Shown in pieces: positions 1-9,518 of a DNA stretch of 56,447 nt. The notes under the pieces were generated by a model. That model saw only the letters and a program-made list of their open reading frames with translations. It was not told the origin of the DNA and searched no databases. Made by a program: the position numbers and the translations under genes. Within the stretch, counting starts at the first letter, position 1. Every line of letters starts with the position of its first letter. The DNA is from a virus (taxonomy: Duplodnaviria > Caudoviricetes), in IMG/VR virus record IMGVR_UViG_3300012232_000014, positions 1-56,447 of that record. The stretch is one strand, 5' to 3'.

Positions 1-274
1 CTCCGACAGGGACATTGAACATCAGTCCCATGCGACCGATCTGGGCACCGATCACTTCGGCTTCGTTCCCGAGTGCGATGAGTTCGGCTCCGATCACGGC
101 TCCGGCCGCTACGAAAGCAGTGGCTACCAATCCCTGTCCACTGACAAGAGACTGCACCCAAGCCGTATGCTCACCGCCGAAGGTCTCGAGATTTTTGTGG
201 ACCTTCTCTAAGGTCTCGGTGTACTCGTCCTTGAGTGAGATTACGCCCTGAATGGCACCAATGTCAATAGCCAC
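1..274 (-). CDS. Tape measure protein, N-terminal part (continues at the other end of the window)
   Basis: GTG at 274 opens MAIDIGAIQGVISLKDEYTETLEKVHKNLETF...MGLMFNVPVG, a typical TMP N-terminus directly downstream of the chaperone genes. Open to the window edge; not in the supplied ORF track. Confidence 0.85.
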   Translation of the reverse strand, partial: MAIDIGAIQGVISLKDEYTETLEKVHKNLETFGGEHTAWVQSLVSGQGLVATAFVAAGAVIGAELIALGNEAEVIGAQIGRMGLMFNVPVG

Positions 275-275
275 C

Positions 276-656
276 TTAGTGAACTCCCTTGGCCTGTAGC
301 ACCGCGTTGCTCGTTAAGATCCAACCGTCAATCAGCATCTCTTGGTACTCGACCGACTGACCTTGAGGTTGCTGATCTGGGTTAGGTGTATCCCCGAATG
401 TCAGAAGAAAGTCTCGGAGTGGACGACCGTTTGGATAGCGTGAATCCCGTGCCAGTCGCCACAGGTACTGTACGACATGGGCAGCGTTCCAGTCTGCACG
501 CATTTCCGGAAACGGATCGAGCTCATCAAAGACTTTCCACTCCTTGAATTTCCACGCGGGGATTTGTCGTAACATCCGATCGGGATCGATGTGACCTAAC
601 TGACGTGCGAGTCGGTAGGCGAATCTCCGGTCACCGCCTCGCTTGAGTCCTTTTTT
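276..656 (-). CDS. Tail assembly chaperone, -1 frame extension (gpT-like part of G-T)
   Basis: The frame of ORF 276..575 is open back to the slippery site: KGLKRGGDRRFAYRLARQLGHIDPDRMLRQIPAWKFKEW. Confidence 0.85.
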   Translation of the reverse strand, partial: KKGLKRGGDRRFAYRLARQLGHIDPDRMLRQIPAWKFKEWKVFDELDPFPEMRADWNAAHVVQYLWRLARDSRYPNGRPLRDFLLTFGDTPNPDQQPQGQSVEYQEMLIDGWILTSNAVLQAKGVH

Positions 657-1045
657 AAGGTCACCTCGTCGGCATCACGAAGCCGATTCAACTGCAACGC
701 GACCTTCTGAAGTCGATTCATGACACGCGCACTTTTCTTCTTCAGACGTCGAACATGACCAACGATCTGGTCGTGCTGTTCTTCCGGCGTCCCCTCGAAT
801 GGCCAGAGTCGAATGCCGGTTTCTGGATCGCGTGCGCAGTAGATCAGAATGAGAAACATCCCATCCTTCTTGTGCTCAGGCAGGTCAATCAACGCGTACA
901 TCGCGTTGGACTCCTCTGCATTGAGTTGATGAAGCCGGATCAAACCCGGCTTCCCTTCCTTGGACCACTCGGGAACGCCGACATCCTTGGTCTCGAGATC
1001 CGCAGCGTCGTCGATATCGGCTGCGGATAAGTTGTTCGAGTTCAT
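596..1045 (-). CDS. Tail assembly chaperone (gpG-like)
   Basis: Lies between the tail tube and TMP genes; MNSNNLSAADI...VGVPEW; A-AAA-AAG slippery site near the 3' end. Confidence 0.85.
   Translation of the reverse strand: MNSNNLSAADIDDAADLETKDVGVPEWSKEGKPGLIRLHQLNAEESNAMYALIDLPEHKKDGMFLILIYCARDPETGIRLWPFEGTPEEQHDQIVGHVRRLKKKSARVMNRLQKVALQLNRLRDADEVTLKKDSSEAVTGDSPTDSHVS
650..656 (-). other. Programmed -1 ribosomal frameshift site A AAA AAG
   Basis: Minus strand reads TTA AAA AAG GAC; a -1 slip enters the frame of ORF 276..575. Confidence 0.9.
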
Positions 1046-1047
1046 GT

Positions 1048-1461
1048 TTACGCCTCCGCCACGATTCCAGCCCACGTGATGGCCAACGACGCACCCTGTT
1101 TTCCGTCCACCGGTGCGACGTCAAACTTGAACATCTGCACGTACGCAAACCCCGTTCGAGTCTTGAGAGACGGGAATAGGATCTGCCAGTTGTTTTTGAC
1201 GTTGTTGGCGATGTCGGACAGCAACGCGATATGCGTGGCATCGCCTGCGACGTAGTTGATCTTGAACGTCGGATCGGCTTGACGAAGGATTCCGAGCACG
1301 TGCGATTCGGTACCGTCGTTATGCGTGGACGTCTCGATCTTGTTTCTGCTGATGGATCCGGGATCGATTTCCGTGATCTCGCCAATCGTTGTATAGACGG
1401 TAGGCGTCGCGAACAACGCTCGCTTGATCAGGATTCCCGTTGTGGTAACGGCATTCGACAT
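1048..1461 (-). CDS. Major tail tube protein
   Basis: IGEITEIDPGSISRNKIETSTH...GIL...FKINY pattern; 137 aa; immediately upstream of the chaperones. Confidence 0.85.
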   Translation of the reverse strand: MSNAVTTTGILIKRALFATPTVYTTIGEITEIDPGSISRNKIETSTHNDGTESHVLGILRQADPTFKINYVAGDATHIALLSDIANNVKNNWQILFPSLKTRTGFAYVQMFKFDVAPVDGKQGASLAITWAGIVAEA

Positions 1462-1564
1462 GAACTCTTCTCCTTAGAAAACAACCAGGTGCTTCGAGAC
1501 CACCAACCGTTTAAACGAACCATAAGCTCGTTTGTGTCGGTGGGCCATGAACTGAAGTCCACGA

Positions 1565-2065
1565 CTACACGCTGACGCCGAGGATGGCCAGATCAAACAC
1601 TTGCGTACCGGCCGACGGAGTGAACTGCAGAATGTCTGCCGTGGTTGCGGTGATCGGCCAGCCTGCCGCACTCGGGTTGAAAACGTAGAAAAATCCACCC
1701 GGTGGGATCGCCCAGGTGTGCGTGATCGCACCAAAACCGAGTAACGGTGATGCCGCGTCGTTGCCCATGATCACGTTACCGGAATTGGCATCGGCTGCCT
1801 TGACGTACAGCGCACGAACTCGTGCCAGAACAAACGCGGCACCGAAGGCATCAAGCAGTGATCCGGACAGATCGTAGTCGAATGCAGCCGAAATGGACTT
1901 GGCCGCATCCGTGTAGATGCGATCAGCTTGACCGGCTCCCGTACCACTTGTCACGCTGATCGGTGAACCGATATCGACAGAAGCCGAACCGGATGCAAGA
2001 CCCAACGAATTCGCGAGCAGAGCCTTGAAACTTGCCAAGAGTGTGGAATTGACCGTAGCGGCCAT
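1565..2065 (-). CDS. Virion structural protein (Ala/Gly/Ser-rich, predicted beta)
   Basis: GGAG RBS; between the tail terminator and tail tube genes. Confidence 0.6.
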   Translation of the reverse strand: MAATVNSTLLASFKALLANSLGLASGSASVDIGSPISVTSGTGAGQADRIYTDAAKSISAAFDYDLSGSLLDAFGAAFVLARVRALYVKAADANSGNVIMGNDAASPLLGFGAITHTWAIPPGGFFYVFNPSAAGWPITATTADILQFTPSAGTQVFDLAILGVSV

Positions 2066-2077
2066 GATGTGTACTCC

Positions 2078-2494
2078 TTAACTGGTTGCGGACGATAAAC
2101 GCTTGATGCAGTCAATGTTGAAGAAAATACGCGGTCGTCCGTTTTCGTCTTCACCGAGCTCACCCGGTTCATGCCGGATCGTAATTTGACGCCAGAACGT
2201 TCCGTTGATGAACTGATTCCGAATTGGAAACAATGCATCGTAGGCTTTCTGAGCCATCAATCGAGCATCAGCCAGATCCTCGGCTCTGGTAACGATTTGT
2301 GCGGACGGACGCACGTAGGCCGGGACACCAACAGAGTTATGCGTACCCTCTGGAGATGAACCGCCGTTCTCTCTGATGGTCAGGAACGGACCGGGACCGA
2401 TCGGCAGTGCAACCTTCGCTCCGACGAAGATATTAATAGTTGCTTGGCCAACCCCGGCATTCACGAGAATGGTTACGAGATCATCAGTGAACAT
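2078..2494 (-). CDS. Tail terminator / minor-capsid-family tail completion protein
   Basis: RPSAQIVTRA...LGEDENGRPRIFFN motif and position. Confidence 0.75.
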   Translation of the reverse strand: MFTDDLVTILVNAGVGQATINIFVGAKVALPIGPGPFLTIRENGGSSPEGTHNSVGVPAYVRPSAQIVTRAEDLADARLMAQKAYDALFPIRNQFINGTFWRQITIRHEPGELGEDENGRPRIFFNIDCIKRLSSATS

Positions 2495-2497
2495 GAG

Positions 2498-2884
2498 TCA
2501 CTTCTTGTATCCAGAGAAATCGAGCCGGTGGGCCACTCTGGCTGCCATGTGGGGAGCCGACTCCATGATCGGTCCTTCGATGAACTTTGCCTCACCGACG
2601 GCATGAATGAGTTCCGTATCCTCATGCTGCTGCAAGGCATAGTCAATCGACTTCTGACCAGTGGTAATAATCGCAGTGATTTCCTTCCCGTCCATTTTCG
2701 GTCCCTCAGCATGAATCTCGTCACGCATGGTACCTGAAAGTACGGGAGATCGTCGTTGGCACTCCTTTACTTCGACTTGAGTTTCTTCCATCAGCGATCG
2801 TCCAATTTCTTTCGGAGAGTAGTCATGCAGCTTCCGAAGATTGGAGAGCACTTCCGTAATGCCCTTCAGAGTGTCCTCAGCCAA
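2498..2884 (-). CDS. HK97 gp10-like neck / tail completion protein
   Basis: SPVLSGTMRDEI...YALQQHE...AKFIEGPI motif; likely TTG start at 2884. Confidence 0.75.
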   Translation of the reverse strand: MAEDTLKGITEVLSNLRKLHDYSPKEIGRSLMEETQVEVKECQRRSPVLSGTMRDEIHAEGPKMDGKEITAIITTGQKSIDYALQQHEDTELIHAVGEAKFIEGPIMESAPHMAARVAHRLDFSGYKK

Positions 2885-3236
2885 GGTACACCTGAGTGAG
2901 CATCGGTTTTTGCGTACCAGGATCCATGAACCCCTCGATCTCGAGAATCGGTCCACTGTATCCATTCGGTAGAGTTAAACGATCCGTGTAGTTCACGACC
3001 ACGGCCGGGTCAAGAAACAGAATGGACGCTCGCGCAATAACGCTTTCGCCATTCGAAGTCTTGATGGCACGTTGACGCATTTCCACGATAGCCTTCTGGC
3101 TAACGATCGTTGGGTATATCTGCTTGCCTCGTAGATCCTGACCGGCAGAGACTTCCTGCGTGACAGTCGTTTGTAAACTGTCGGTCAAGGTCCTGGCCAA
3201 CGCAATACCCGAACGAAGTGTATCGAGGAAACTCAC
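2877..3236 (-). CDS. Head closure (stopper) protein
   Basis: 119 aa, DRLTLPNG...ILEIE pattern; position in the neck cluster. Confidence 0.65.
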   Translation of the reverse strand: MSFLDTLRSGIALARTLTDSLQTTVTQEVSAGQDLRGKQIYPTIVSQKAIVEMRQRAIKTSNGESVIARASILFLDPAVVVNYTDRLTLPNGYSGPILEIEGFMDPGTQKPMLTQVYLG

Positions 3237-3242
3237 GAATCG

Positions 3243-3680
3243 TTACTCGTCAATTTCAATGGTGACGTCCAACGTTGGACCACCAGTGATGTTATGTAGC
3301 GTCAACGTGGTGCTGGGAGGAATCCAAATGCCACCATGCTGAAGTGCGTTGATTAGATCCCGGAACTCACCAACGGTTCCCGCGACGCCTGTTCTGGCGT
3401 AGAACGTGGTGGGCGCAGTCGGACTGGTACCCCATGCAAGAGCAATGGTTGTCAGACTGCGATCACCGGACGTTCCATCAACCGCAAGAAAGGCTGTAGG
3501 GGTCGTTGGAGTGATTCCGGCCGCTGCCGGTTTTCCAATACCAAACACCCCGGTGACAGCCGTAGCAACGGTGAAACTGAAGTTCCTGACACGGCATCCC
3601 TTGATGCCGGCAAGGATCTCCAATACGGCCTGAGCCGACGTGACGTTGGAAGACCGGACTCCCTGTCGAAATCGTGCCAT
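3243..3680 (-). CDS. Hypothetical virion protein
   Basis: Tightly packed ORF in the neck cluster; Thr/Ala/Gly-rich. Confidence 0.55.
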   Translation of the reverse strand: MARFRQGVRSSNVTSAQAVLEILAGIKGCRVRNFSFTVATAVTGVFGIGKPAAAGITPTTPTAFLAVDGTSGDRSLTTIALAWGTSPTAPTTFYARTGVAGTVGEFRDLINALQHGGIWIPPSTTLTLHNITGGPTLDVTIEIDE

Positions 3681-3684
3681 GAGG

Positions 3685-4212
3685 TTATGCCCTTATCAAC
3701 GATCGTACGCCTGACTCCCGGCTTCGTGGATAACCCCATCCGCATGGAATAAGGTTGTACACAATGTCCGGAACAGCCTTGGCGTAGACCGAGTCTTTGA
3801 ACGTCAGTTCAACGGATCCGGCCTTGATGGACGTGATCCCCTGTGTCTCAATATCGGAATCTCCGGTCCGATCTGATGCCAACAGCTGGCGCGCGTACTC
3901 CGCTGTAGCTTGTTGAAGTTCGACTGGGATGACGTCCAAAGCAACGTACTCCCAGCCATTGAGTTTGAGTATTCCTCCACGCGGCCAGAGGAGTGCTTGA
4001 ATGGCATCAGTCGGATAGCCTGTCCATTCCCACAGCCTATCCATGAGAAGAGTGGCCCACAGAATAGCGGCGTTCTTCTGTGGATCGGTCGCTGTCGCCC
4101 ACGTGGTGCCTGCCGCTGGACGATTTTCATGGTACTGGTTGGCGAACACAAGCGTACAGTACGCGTTTGCGTTCGATGCTCCAGCCGTGGTGACCAATGC
4201 TGCCGGTGCCAT
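3685..4212 (-). CDS. Head-tail adaptor (family often annotated DnaT-like ssDNA-binding)
   Basis: ANAYCT...QALLWPR...IPVELQQATAEYA...SIKAGSVELTF signature. Confidence 0.8.
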   Translation of the reverse strand: MAPAALVTTAGASNANAYCTLVFANQYHENRPAAGTTWATATDPQKNAAILWATLLMDRLWEWTGYPTDAIQALLWPRGGILKLNGWEYVALDVIPVELQQATAEYARQLLASDRTGDSDIETQGITSIKAGSVELTFKDSVYAKAVPDIVYNLIPCGWGYPRSRESGVRSLIRA

Positions 4213-4217
4213 CGACG

Positions 4218-4709
4218 TTAAGCCGGATCAGCCACGTAATGGAGGATGACATCGATTGCCGTTGATGTCGCCAACGAACCACCAGTCTTGCCGACGGTGA
4301 TGGCTGTGTTGGCGTCCAACTGCGTAAACGATGCACCATCCGCCAATGCCACGATGGACGCCGTTCCTGCCGTAGCGAACGGAGTCCCGAGTCGAAGCAC
4401 CGTGCTCTGGGTCAAGCCTGCAACGGCTGCGATACCGAGTGCAACCGACGCAGCGGATCTCGTACCGAGCAATCGCACATCTGTGGCACCGGATGCAGCA
4501 CCACCGATCGCGATCATGATCAGGTCAACGAGTCTCCACCGCACTCCCGGCAATGCTGGCGTCGCAGTGATGCCGAGACCGGTGTTCACGTCTGCGGTCA
4601 GAACACGCTGTCTGAACGCTTTGATGATACCGAACTCGACAAGGATGTTGTTGATGTATCGTCCCTGAAGGCCACCTTTGCCTTCTGGTAACATGCGTGT
4701 GTCGGCCAT
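4218..4709 (-). CDS. Probable capsid decoration/cement protein
   Basis: Immediately after the MCP gene, strong RBS (GAAAGGGAGA), small beta-rich protein. Confidence 0.55.
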   Translation of the reverse strand: MADTRMLPEGKGGLQGRYINNILVEFGIIKAFRQRVLTADVNTGLGITATPALPGVRWRLVDLIMIAIGGAASGATDVRLLGTRSAASVALGIAAVAGLTQSTVLRLGTPFATAGTASIVALADGASFTQLDANTAITVGKTGGSLATSTAIDVILHYVADPA

Positions 4710-4771
4710 GAACGTTATCTCCCTTTCTGAAATGAAGGCAGCAGATTGAATTCAACCTGCCACGTTCACCG

Positions 4772-5944
4772 CTATCCGGCGATACGAATCCACGCGTTGG
4801 GCCGAGGAACCGCAGCACCGTAGAGTGCGTCGTACGAGAACTGCACCTGACGATGCTGACGCGTGACTTCCAACCGGAGCGACAGACCGGAGACTTCGTC
4901 GATGGCAACGGCCTGAGTGGTCGCACCAGGCACAATGATTGTATCCTGCAACGGAGCCATAGCGAACGCAATGGCATCGCGGTGAATGAGGGAGTTCAGT
5001 ACATGACCGCCCTTTTTCGCGATGTCCTCGTTGTCCACGACTGCCACGACGAGACCCGGCTCGAACGTGATAGAGGTGATGGTCGAACCACCCACAGTGC
5101 TGACGACCGTGTACGTTTGCGCATGGCCGGTTGTACCGGTCAGACCGACGAACTGAATGATGTCTCCGGCCACGAGCGTGCCGAGAGCACCACCGTCCAC
5201 CGTCACGGTCTTGATACCAATTGCGTAACCGGCACCGTTATTGATCTCATACGGTGTTCCAGGATACGCGTAGGTACCGGTGGTATGACTCGGCACACGC
5301 TGGGACATCATCCACAGCGCACCGAGTTTGCGTCCGATCTGGCCGTTGATGATGCCGTCGGTATCACCACGGAACGACGCATCCTGAAATGCACGCAGAC
5401 CGAGTGCATTCGCTTCAGCGTCGCTGTTGATGACGACATACCGAGGATCCATGTCCATCAACTGGTTGTTGCCCACCTTGCGAGCATCGAGGTAGGCCGA
5501 CAGATCCGTGCTGAACGGAGTCGTACCGGCCACTCCGGCAAACCCGTACGAAGCCGGGTACAACGACCAGAGATAATCCTCGATGCCGTTCGCCAGTGCC
5601 TTGACGGCTTCTGCAGCCTGCATCGGCAGGATGCCCTTGTCCACCTGCGACAGACCCTTGTCGTCCATCGCGAATGGTGCTTCCTTCCACTGGCTGAGAG
5701 AGACCGGGATGCTGGTCGGCGTGACGGCGGTGACGGCCGGAGGCACGACATCCGGTGCGACCGTGCGTGTCGTGACGAGTGCGGGCACGGCAACGTTCAC
5801 GGTTGCAAACCGCTTGGCTGCCGTGATGAACTGTTCATAGTCGCGATTGGCAATCTTGCAGAGAGCAACCTGTTCACGGAGTGTCGCCAAGCCCATGGCC
5901 ACGACCGTGCCCAGAATGTTGGTTGTGACGAGTGCACCTGCCAT
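4772..5944 (-). CDS. Major capsid protein (P22 coat-like, HK97 fold) with an insertion domain
   Basis: ANRDYE...TVNVAVP, GQIGRKLG, HRDAIAFAMAPL, SYDALYG..RP motifs; AAGGAG RBS. Confidence 0.9.
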   Translation of the reverse strand: MAGALVTTNILGTVVAMGLATLREQVALCKIANRDYEQFITAAKRFATVNVAVPALVTTRTVAPDVVPPAVTAVTPTSIPVSLSQWKEAPFAMDDKGLSQVDKGILPMQAAEAVKALANGIEDYLWSLYPASYGFAGVAGTTPFSTDLSAYLDARKVGNNQLMDMDPRYVVINSDAEANALGLRAFQDASFRGDTDGIINGQIGRKLGALWMMSQRVPSHTTGTYAYPGTPYEINNGAGYAIGIKTVTVDGGALGTLVAGDIIQFVGLTGTTGHAQTYTVVSTVGGSTITSITFEPGLVVAVVDNEDIAKKGGHVLNSLIHRDAIAFAMAPLQDTIIVPGATTQAVAIDEVSGLSLRLEVTRQHRQVQFSYDALYGAAVPRPNAWIRIAG

Positions 5945-5989
5945 TGTGAAATCTCCTTGACTGAAACGATTACGTTCGAATCAAAGCGA

Positions 5990-6057
5990 CTCCACCGGAG
6001 CCGGGTGCACTCTCACCGAGAGCACACCGGGATCTCTTCCCACCGGGTTGAGATCCC
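5990..6057 (-). promoter_or_regulatory. Three tandem stem-loops, each capped by C(GGU)G, between scaffold and MCP genes
   Basis: Minus strand: GGGATCTC-AACCCGGTGGGAA-GAGATCCC, GGTGTGCTCTC-GGT-GAGAGTGCACC and CTCC-GGT-GGAG. Confidence 0.65.
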
Positions 6058-6078
6058 CCGAATACAACGAGCGACGAA

Positions 6079-6891
6079 CTACGCGTTGACCGGTTGGTTT
6101 GAGTACACGACTTTCATGGTACCCTTCCGAATCGCATCAGCAAACTCCCCGAGTTGCTGCGGCGTCGGATCCTTGAGCAAGGTCTGACCCGGTTTCAGCA
6201 CTGGACCACCGGGTCCGCCGACGTTGGCGGCACCGCCACCTGCCGACGCTTTGAATGCAAAATCAGATTCCTTGGTCTGCGCAGACAACCACTCATCGAC
6301 GGTCAGTGGTTCTCCCGGACGTTCGGAACTGAACTGAGTGGACTTCGCCTTGACCACTCCGTCAACGATTTCGAAAGAAGATGAGGCTTTGCCAATGATG
6401 AAATCCATGGCCGATGGAACACCACCGATCTTGACAAACTTCTCACCGACATGTTGACGCAATGTGGCATCATCCGCACGCTTTCGATCGGCCACTGAAG
6501 AGGCTTGCATCAATGCCACTTGGTCAGCCAATGGCTTGGTTGCTGCCTTGACACCCTCAGCCACCAATGCCGCGATATCATCCGGTTTGGTCACACCCTT
6601 GCTTCCCAACTCCTTGACCTTGGCAATCGCCGTCTTGGCTTCCTCGGGATCGATGCCTTCGAACTTCGTCTTGAGTGGAGCCAGATCGTCCACTTCTTTC
6701 TTCAGCTTGATGTTGTTGTCTCGAAACTCCACCACCTTGCCCAACTGCACGGCATGATCCGCCGCAGTGACGAATCCCTGTGGAGTCCCATCCAACGTGA
6801 GATGAAACTTTCCGTCTTTCTGCTCATAGTACTGACGCAACGGCTCAGCGACTTTGTCCAGCGACTCAATGACGGCTGCGAGTGGTGCCAT
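6079..6891 (-). CDS. Capsid scaffolding protein
   Basis: ESLDKVAEPLRQYYEQKDGKFHL N-terminus, coiled coil, FKASAGGGA C-terminal motif; precedes the MCP gene. Confidence 0.85.
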   Translation of the reverse strand: MAPLAAVIESLDKVAEPLRQYYEQKDGKFHLTLDGTPQGFVTAADHAVQLGKVVEFRDNNIKLKKEVDDLAPLKTKFEGIDPEEAKTAIAKVKELGSKGVTKPDDIAALVAEGVKAATKPLADQVALMQASSVADRKRADDATLRQHVGEKFVKIGGVPSAMDFIIGKASSSFEIVDGVVKAKSTQFSSERPGEPLTVDEWLSAQTKESDFAFKASAGGGAANVGGPGGPVLKPGQTLLKDPTPQQLGEFADAIRKGTMKVVYSNQPVNA

Positions 6892-6908
6892 GACATTCTC
6901 TCCTTCGG

Positions 6909-8405
6909 TTAAGCTACTTCCAGCAGGAAGAGCAGTTCGTCGAGTACTTCATCCGGACCAATGGAAACTGAAACGATGCCGGTAATGCACGTTGCCACAA
7001 CACCGACAACAGATACTCTGGCCGATGACGAGACTCCGGATGCACTGATCTCGAGATTGGACTGTATTCCGGTATTGACGACCGTTGCTTCAGCAACAAC
7101 ACGAATAATCCCAATCTCGAGATCGGCGTCAACATCCGACAACGGCACCGATACCGAGATAGAAACGTCAGCGTATCCTCGCGCTGGAACGAGCTCCGCG
7201 ACGACTTCAATCCCTGATATCGGTGCCGATGCCGAAGCTGACGCCGATGCCGAACTGATCGCCAGTCGAAGATCTTCTGGCGTGATGACTTTGGCACGGA
7301 GATCGAATCGATATCTGAACCATCCGCGTGATGGCTGATCGACTTCGATCCGACGAATCGTTGCTGCGCCACCGAACCGAATGCCTCCAGATCCAGCGTA
7401 GCTGAACGCACCGGATGCTGTGGTTGACGTGGTGGCGATACCAGAGAAAACAATTCCACCCGTGACCACGGTGTACGCGGTCGCATGTTTCTCAGTAGCG
7501 TGCCCACTGAATATGATTCCACCGGTTCCGGCCCATGCATGTCCTTGTGCAGAGGTCGAAGCACCGCCGAAAGTAATGCCTCCGGACGTGACAGCATAAG
7601 CCTTGGTAAGCTTGACGGTTCCGGTTCCACCGAAGGTAATGCCGGCAGCAGCAACTGCGTAGGCGAAAGTACGCTTGAGTGTAGCCGCACCGGTGAACCA
7701 GAAACCTCGCAAGGCATGAGCCGTGACGGCAATGCCCGATACTGCCTCGGCAACCGGAAGCTGCCCAACAATGAGAACGACGTTGGTGCTGAATCCGGAA
7801 TGATCGTCGTTAGTGAATTCCAGTTTAATAGCGAAACGATCGTCTTCAACAGCGGCAACGGAAAATGCCGGCAATGGCGGAATGATAACGGGAATCCATG
7901 AACCTTCTGGTTGGAAACTAACCGTTAGTCCCGTAGGCGAACATTCAAGTTCTTCTTTCAGACTATTAGCTACGTCATAGATCTGAATCCAAACTCGAAG
8001 CGATACAGTGGTTCGATTCTCATCATGTCGTGCCCAGATCAGTAATCGCTGCGGAGTCGGAAATGTGTTGTTGGGTGGGAAACTAAGATCGGCTCCGAGA
8101 CCGGGAAATCCTGCGGCCGTGACCCAACCAATAGACTGCGTGATCCCCGGACCGGATGCACTGAGTCCAACGGAGAACTGTTCCGTGCTTCGAACCGAAC
8201 CGTCGTTGAGCACGAACGTATCGAATGTTGCGAAATTAAAATCTGCATCAACGTGCGTCGCAATAAGACGTCCGGGGAAATACGCATAGGTGAATCGCGG
8301 TGCAGTGGTCGCCACACCACCGAATGTGATCCCACCGGAGCCGGTGTACGCGAAAACCGTACCGCCAGCAGCGACTTCGTCGAGCGACCGAAGATCGAGC
8401 AGCAT
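6909..8405 (-). CDS. Fibre-like virion protein with repeated Y-x-x-x-GGI-x-F-(G/S)-G units
   Basis: Repeats such as YTGSGGITFGG, YAVTSGGITFGG, WAGTGGIIFSG, YAGSGGIRFGG. Confidence 0.6.
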   Translation of the reverse strand: MLLDLRSLDEVAAGGTVFAYTGSGGITFGGVATTAPRFTYAYFPGRLIATHVDADFNFATFDTFVLNDGSVRSTEQFSVGLSASGPGITQSIGWVTAAGFPGLGADLSFPPNNTFPTPQRLLIWARHDENRTTVSLRVWIQIYDVANSLKEELECSPTGLTVSFQPEGSWIPVIIPPLPAFSVAAVEDDRFAIKLEFTNDDHSGFSTNVVLIVGQLPVAEAVSGIAVTAHALRGFWFTGAATLKRTFAYAVAAAGITFGGTGTVKLTKAYAVTSGGITFGGASTSAQGHAWAGTGGIIFSGHATEKHATAYTVVTGGIVFSGIATTSTTASGAFSYAGSGGIRFGGAATIRRIEVDQPSRGWFRYRFDLRAKVITPEDLRLAISSASASASASAPISGIEVVAELVPARGYADVSISVSVPLSDVDADLEIGIIRVVAEATVVNTGIQSNLEISASGVSSSARVSVVGVVATCITGIVSVSIGPDEVLDELLFLLEVA

Positions 8406-8627
8406 CTATCGAGGAGTCCTTGTATGTGGATTGTAGTTCGACGGTAGATGTGTCCGGCGCGACAACGGTAGATCTTTGACGTTTGTCACCGGAGTCAATG
8501 CGCTCATATCGGCATTCAGTACTCGAACCGTTTCACCTGTCTCGTTCACTTCGTGAAACTGACCCTTGTACCAGATACCGACTACGTGTTTGACCTTGAC
8601 CCACTGCCCTTCACGCGGTATGAACAT
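8406..8627 (-). CDS. Hypothetical protein
   Basis: Abuts neighbours on both sides; 73 aa. Confidence 0.6.
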   Translation of the reverse strand: MFIPREGQWVKVKHVVGIWYKGQFHEVNETGETVRVLNADMSALTPVTNVKDLPLSRRTHLPSNYNPHTRTPR

Positions 8628-8628
8628 G

Positions 8629-9027
8629 CTACTCTCCGGTGAATTGTAATGTGATCTTGATCTGATCCCCGTTGTTCTGAATGTTATATGGACCGTTCGT
8701 AAACCGTTCCACCCACATCAGGATTGTACTGGTGGTTTGGTTCACGAGATATCCATACACATTGCCCAGCGCACCGGTGAAAGTAAAGGTCTGTTCTGGA
8801 TACGCCGCACTGGTTGGTGATCCCGGTGTAATAGACCATGAGCCGGGAGCCAGCAAGATATCGGCATACCCAAAGCCGGTCGCTTCGGTGTAGGTGGCAA
8901 ACGTGTCGGTCTCCGATGGTGTGATGTTATTAGTGAACAATTTCAATCGACCGTTTTGTGGCGCAGTCTTATTAAGGATGTTCTGTAACATTACATCTTC
9001 GCCGACGTTCGGAACCAGTAAGGCCAT
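8629..9027 (-). CDS. Small fibre/appendage-type virion protein
   Basis: LKLFTNNITPSETDT...TEATGFGY...YPEQTFTF...YGYLV pattern; AGGAG RBS. Confidence 0.65.
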   Translation of the reverse strand: MALLVPNVGEDVMLQNILNKTAPQNGRLKLFTNNITPSETDTFATYTEATGFGYADILLAPGSWSITPGSPTSAAYPEQTFTFTGALGNVYGYLVNQTTSTILMWVERFTNGPYNIQNNGDQIKITLQFTGE

Positions 9028-9036
9028 CGAGAGCTC

Positions 9037-9501
9037 CTACCCGAAGCAGTTGATTTCGAGGAACGAATTCTTCCGCACGCTGATTTGATTCACCGCGTCG
9101 AGCACGTTCTGTGAGAACTGAAACTGCAGTACACCGTCGGTCGGGCCCATCTCGAGATGCCCGGAAATCCGAAGTATGTGCTGACCAATCACCGGGAGAG
9201 CGCCAGCCATCGTACCGTTCAACTGCGCACGCACGAACGCAGACGTCACGCAATCAATCACTTCATACGCAAACTGGCTAGCCAACGCATCGACTGGAGG
9301 ATTCAACTTGAACTTGTATCCCGACGTAGTACCAAACAGCTGAAAGAGGACGAACGCGTTGATAGTATACCGCCGAAAAGATTCAACGGTAACAAACAAT
9401 TCACTATCATCCTTCAGCCCAGTCTGTGTTACTTGCTCGCTGCCTAAAATTTTCTGGGCGACGACCAGTGCGATGTCACCTCGGTTGATACTCTGTGCCA
9501 T
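9037..9501 (-). CDS. Fibre-tip-like beta-sandwich protein
   Basis: DDSELFVTVES...GVLQFQFSQNV...VRKNSFLEI resembles minor tail protein C-terminal domains. Confidence 0.5.
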   Translation of the reverse strand: MAQSINRGDIALVVAQKILGSEQVTQTGLKDDSELFVTVESFRRYTINAFVLFQLFGTTSGYKFKLNPPVDALASQFAYEVIDCVTSAFVRAQLNGTMAGALPVIGQHILRISGHLEMGPTDGVLQFQFSQNVLDAVNQISVRKNSFLEINCFG

Positions 9502-9518
9502 CTCAGGGATTCCCCCGG

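Noticed and set aside
1474-1562. Possible small ORF before the tail tube gene
   Set aside because: Two weak competing frames with no clear RBS.
5965-6060. GTTCGAATC resembling a tRNA T-loop near hairpins
   Set aside because: No T-stem, acceptor stem or cloverleaf can be built around it.
4853-6187. 444-aa plus-strand ORF
   Set aside because: Antisense shadow of the major capsid gene; no motifs.
6914-7858. 314-aa alternative-frame ORF
   Set aside because: Lies wholly within the 498-aa fibre-like gene; its Ser/Arg/Pro-rich composition is typical of an off-frame reading.
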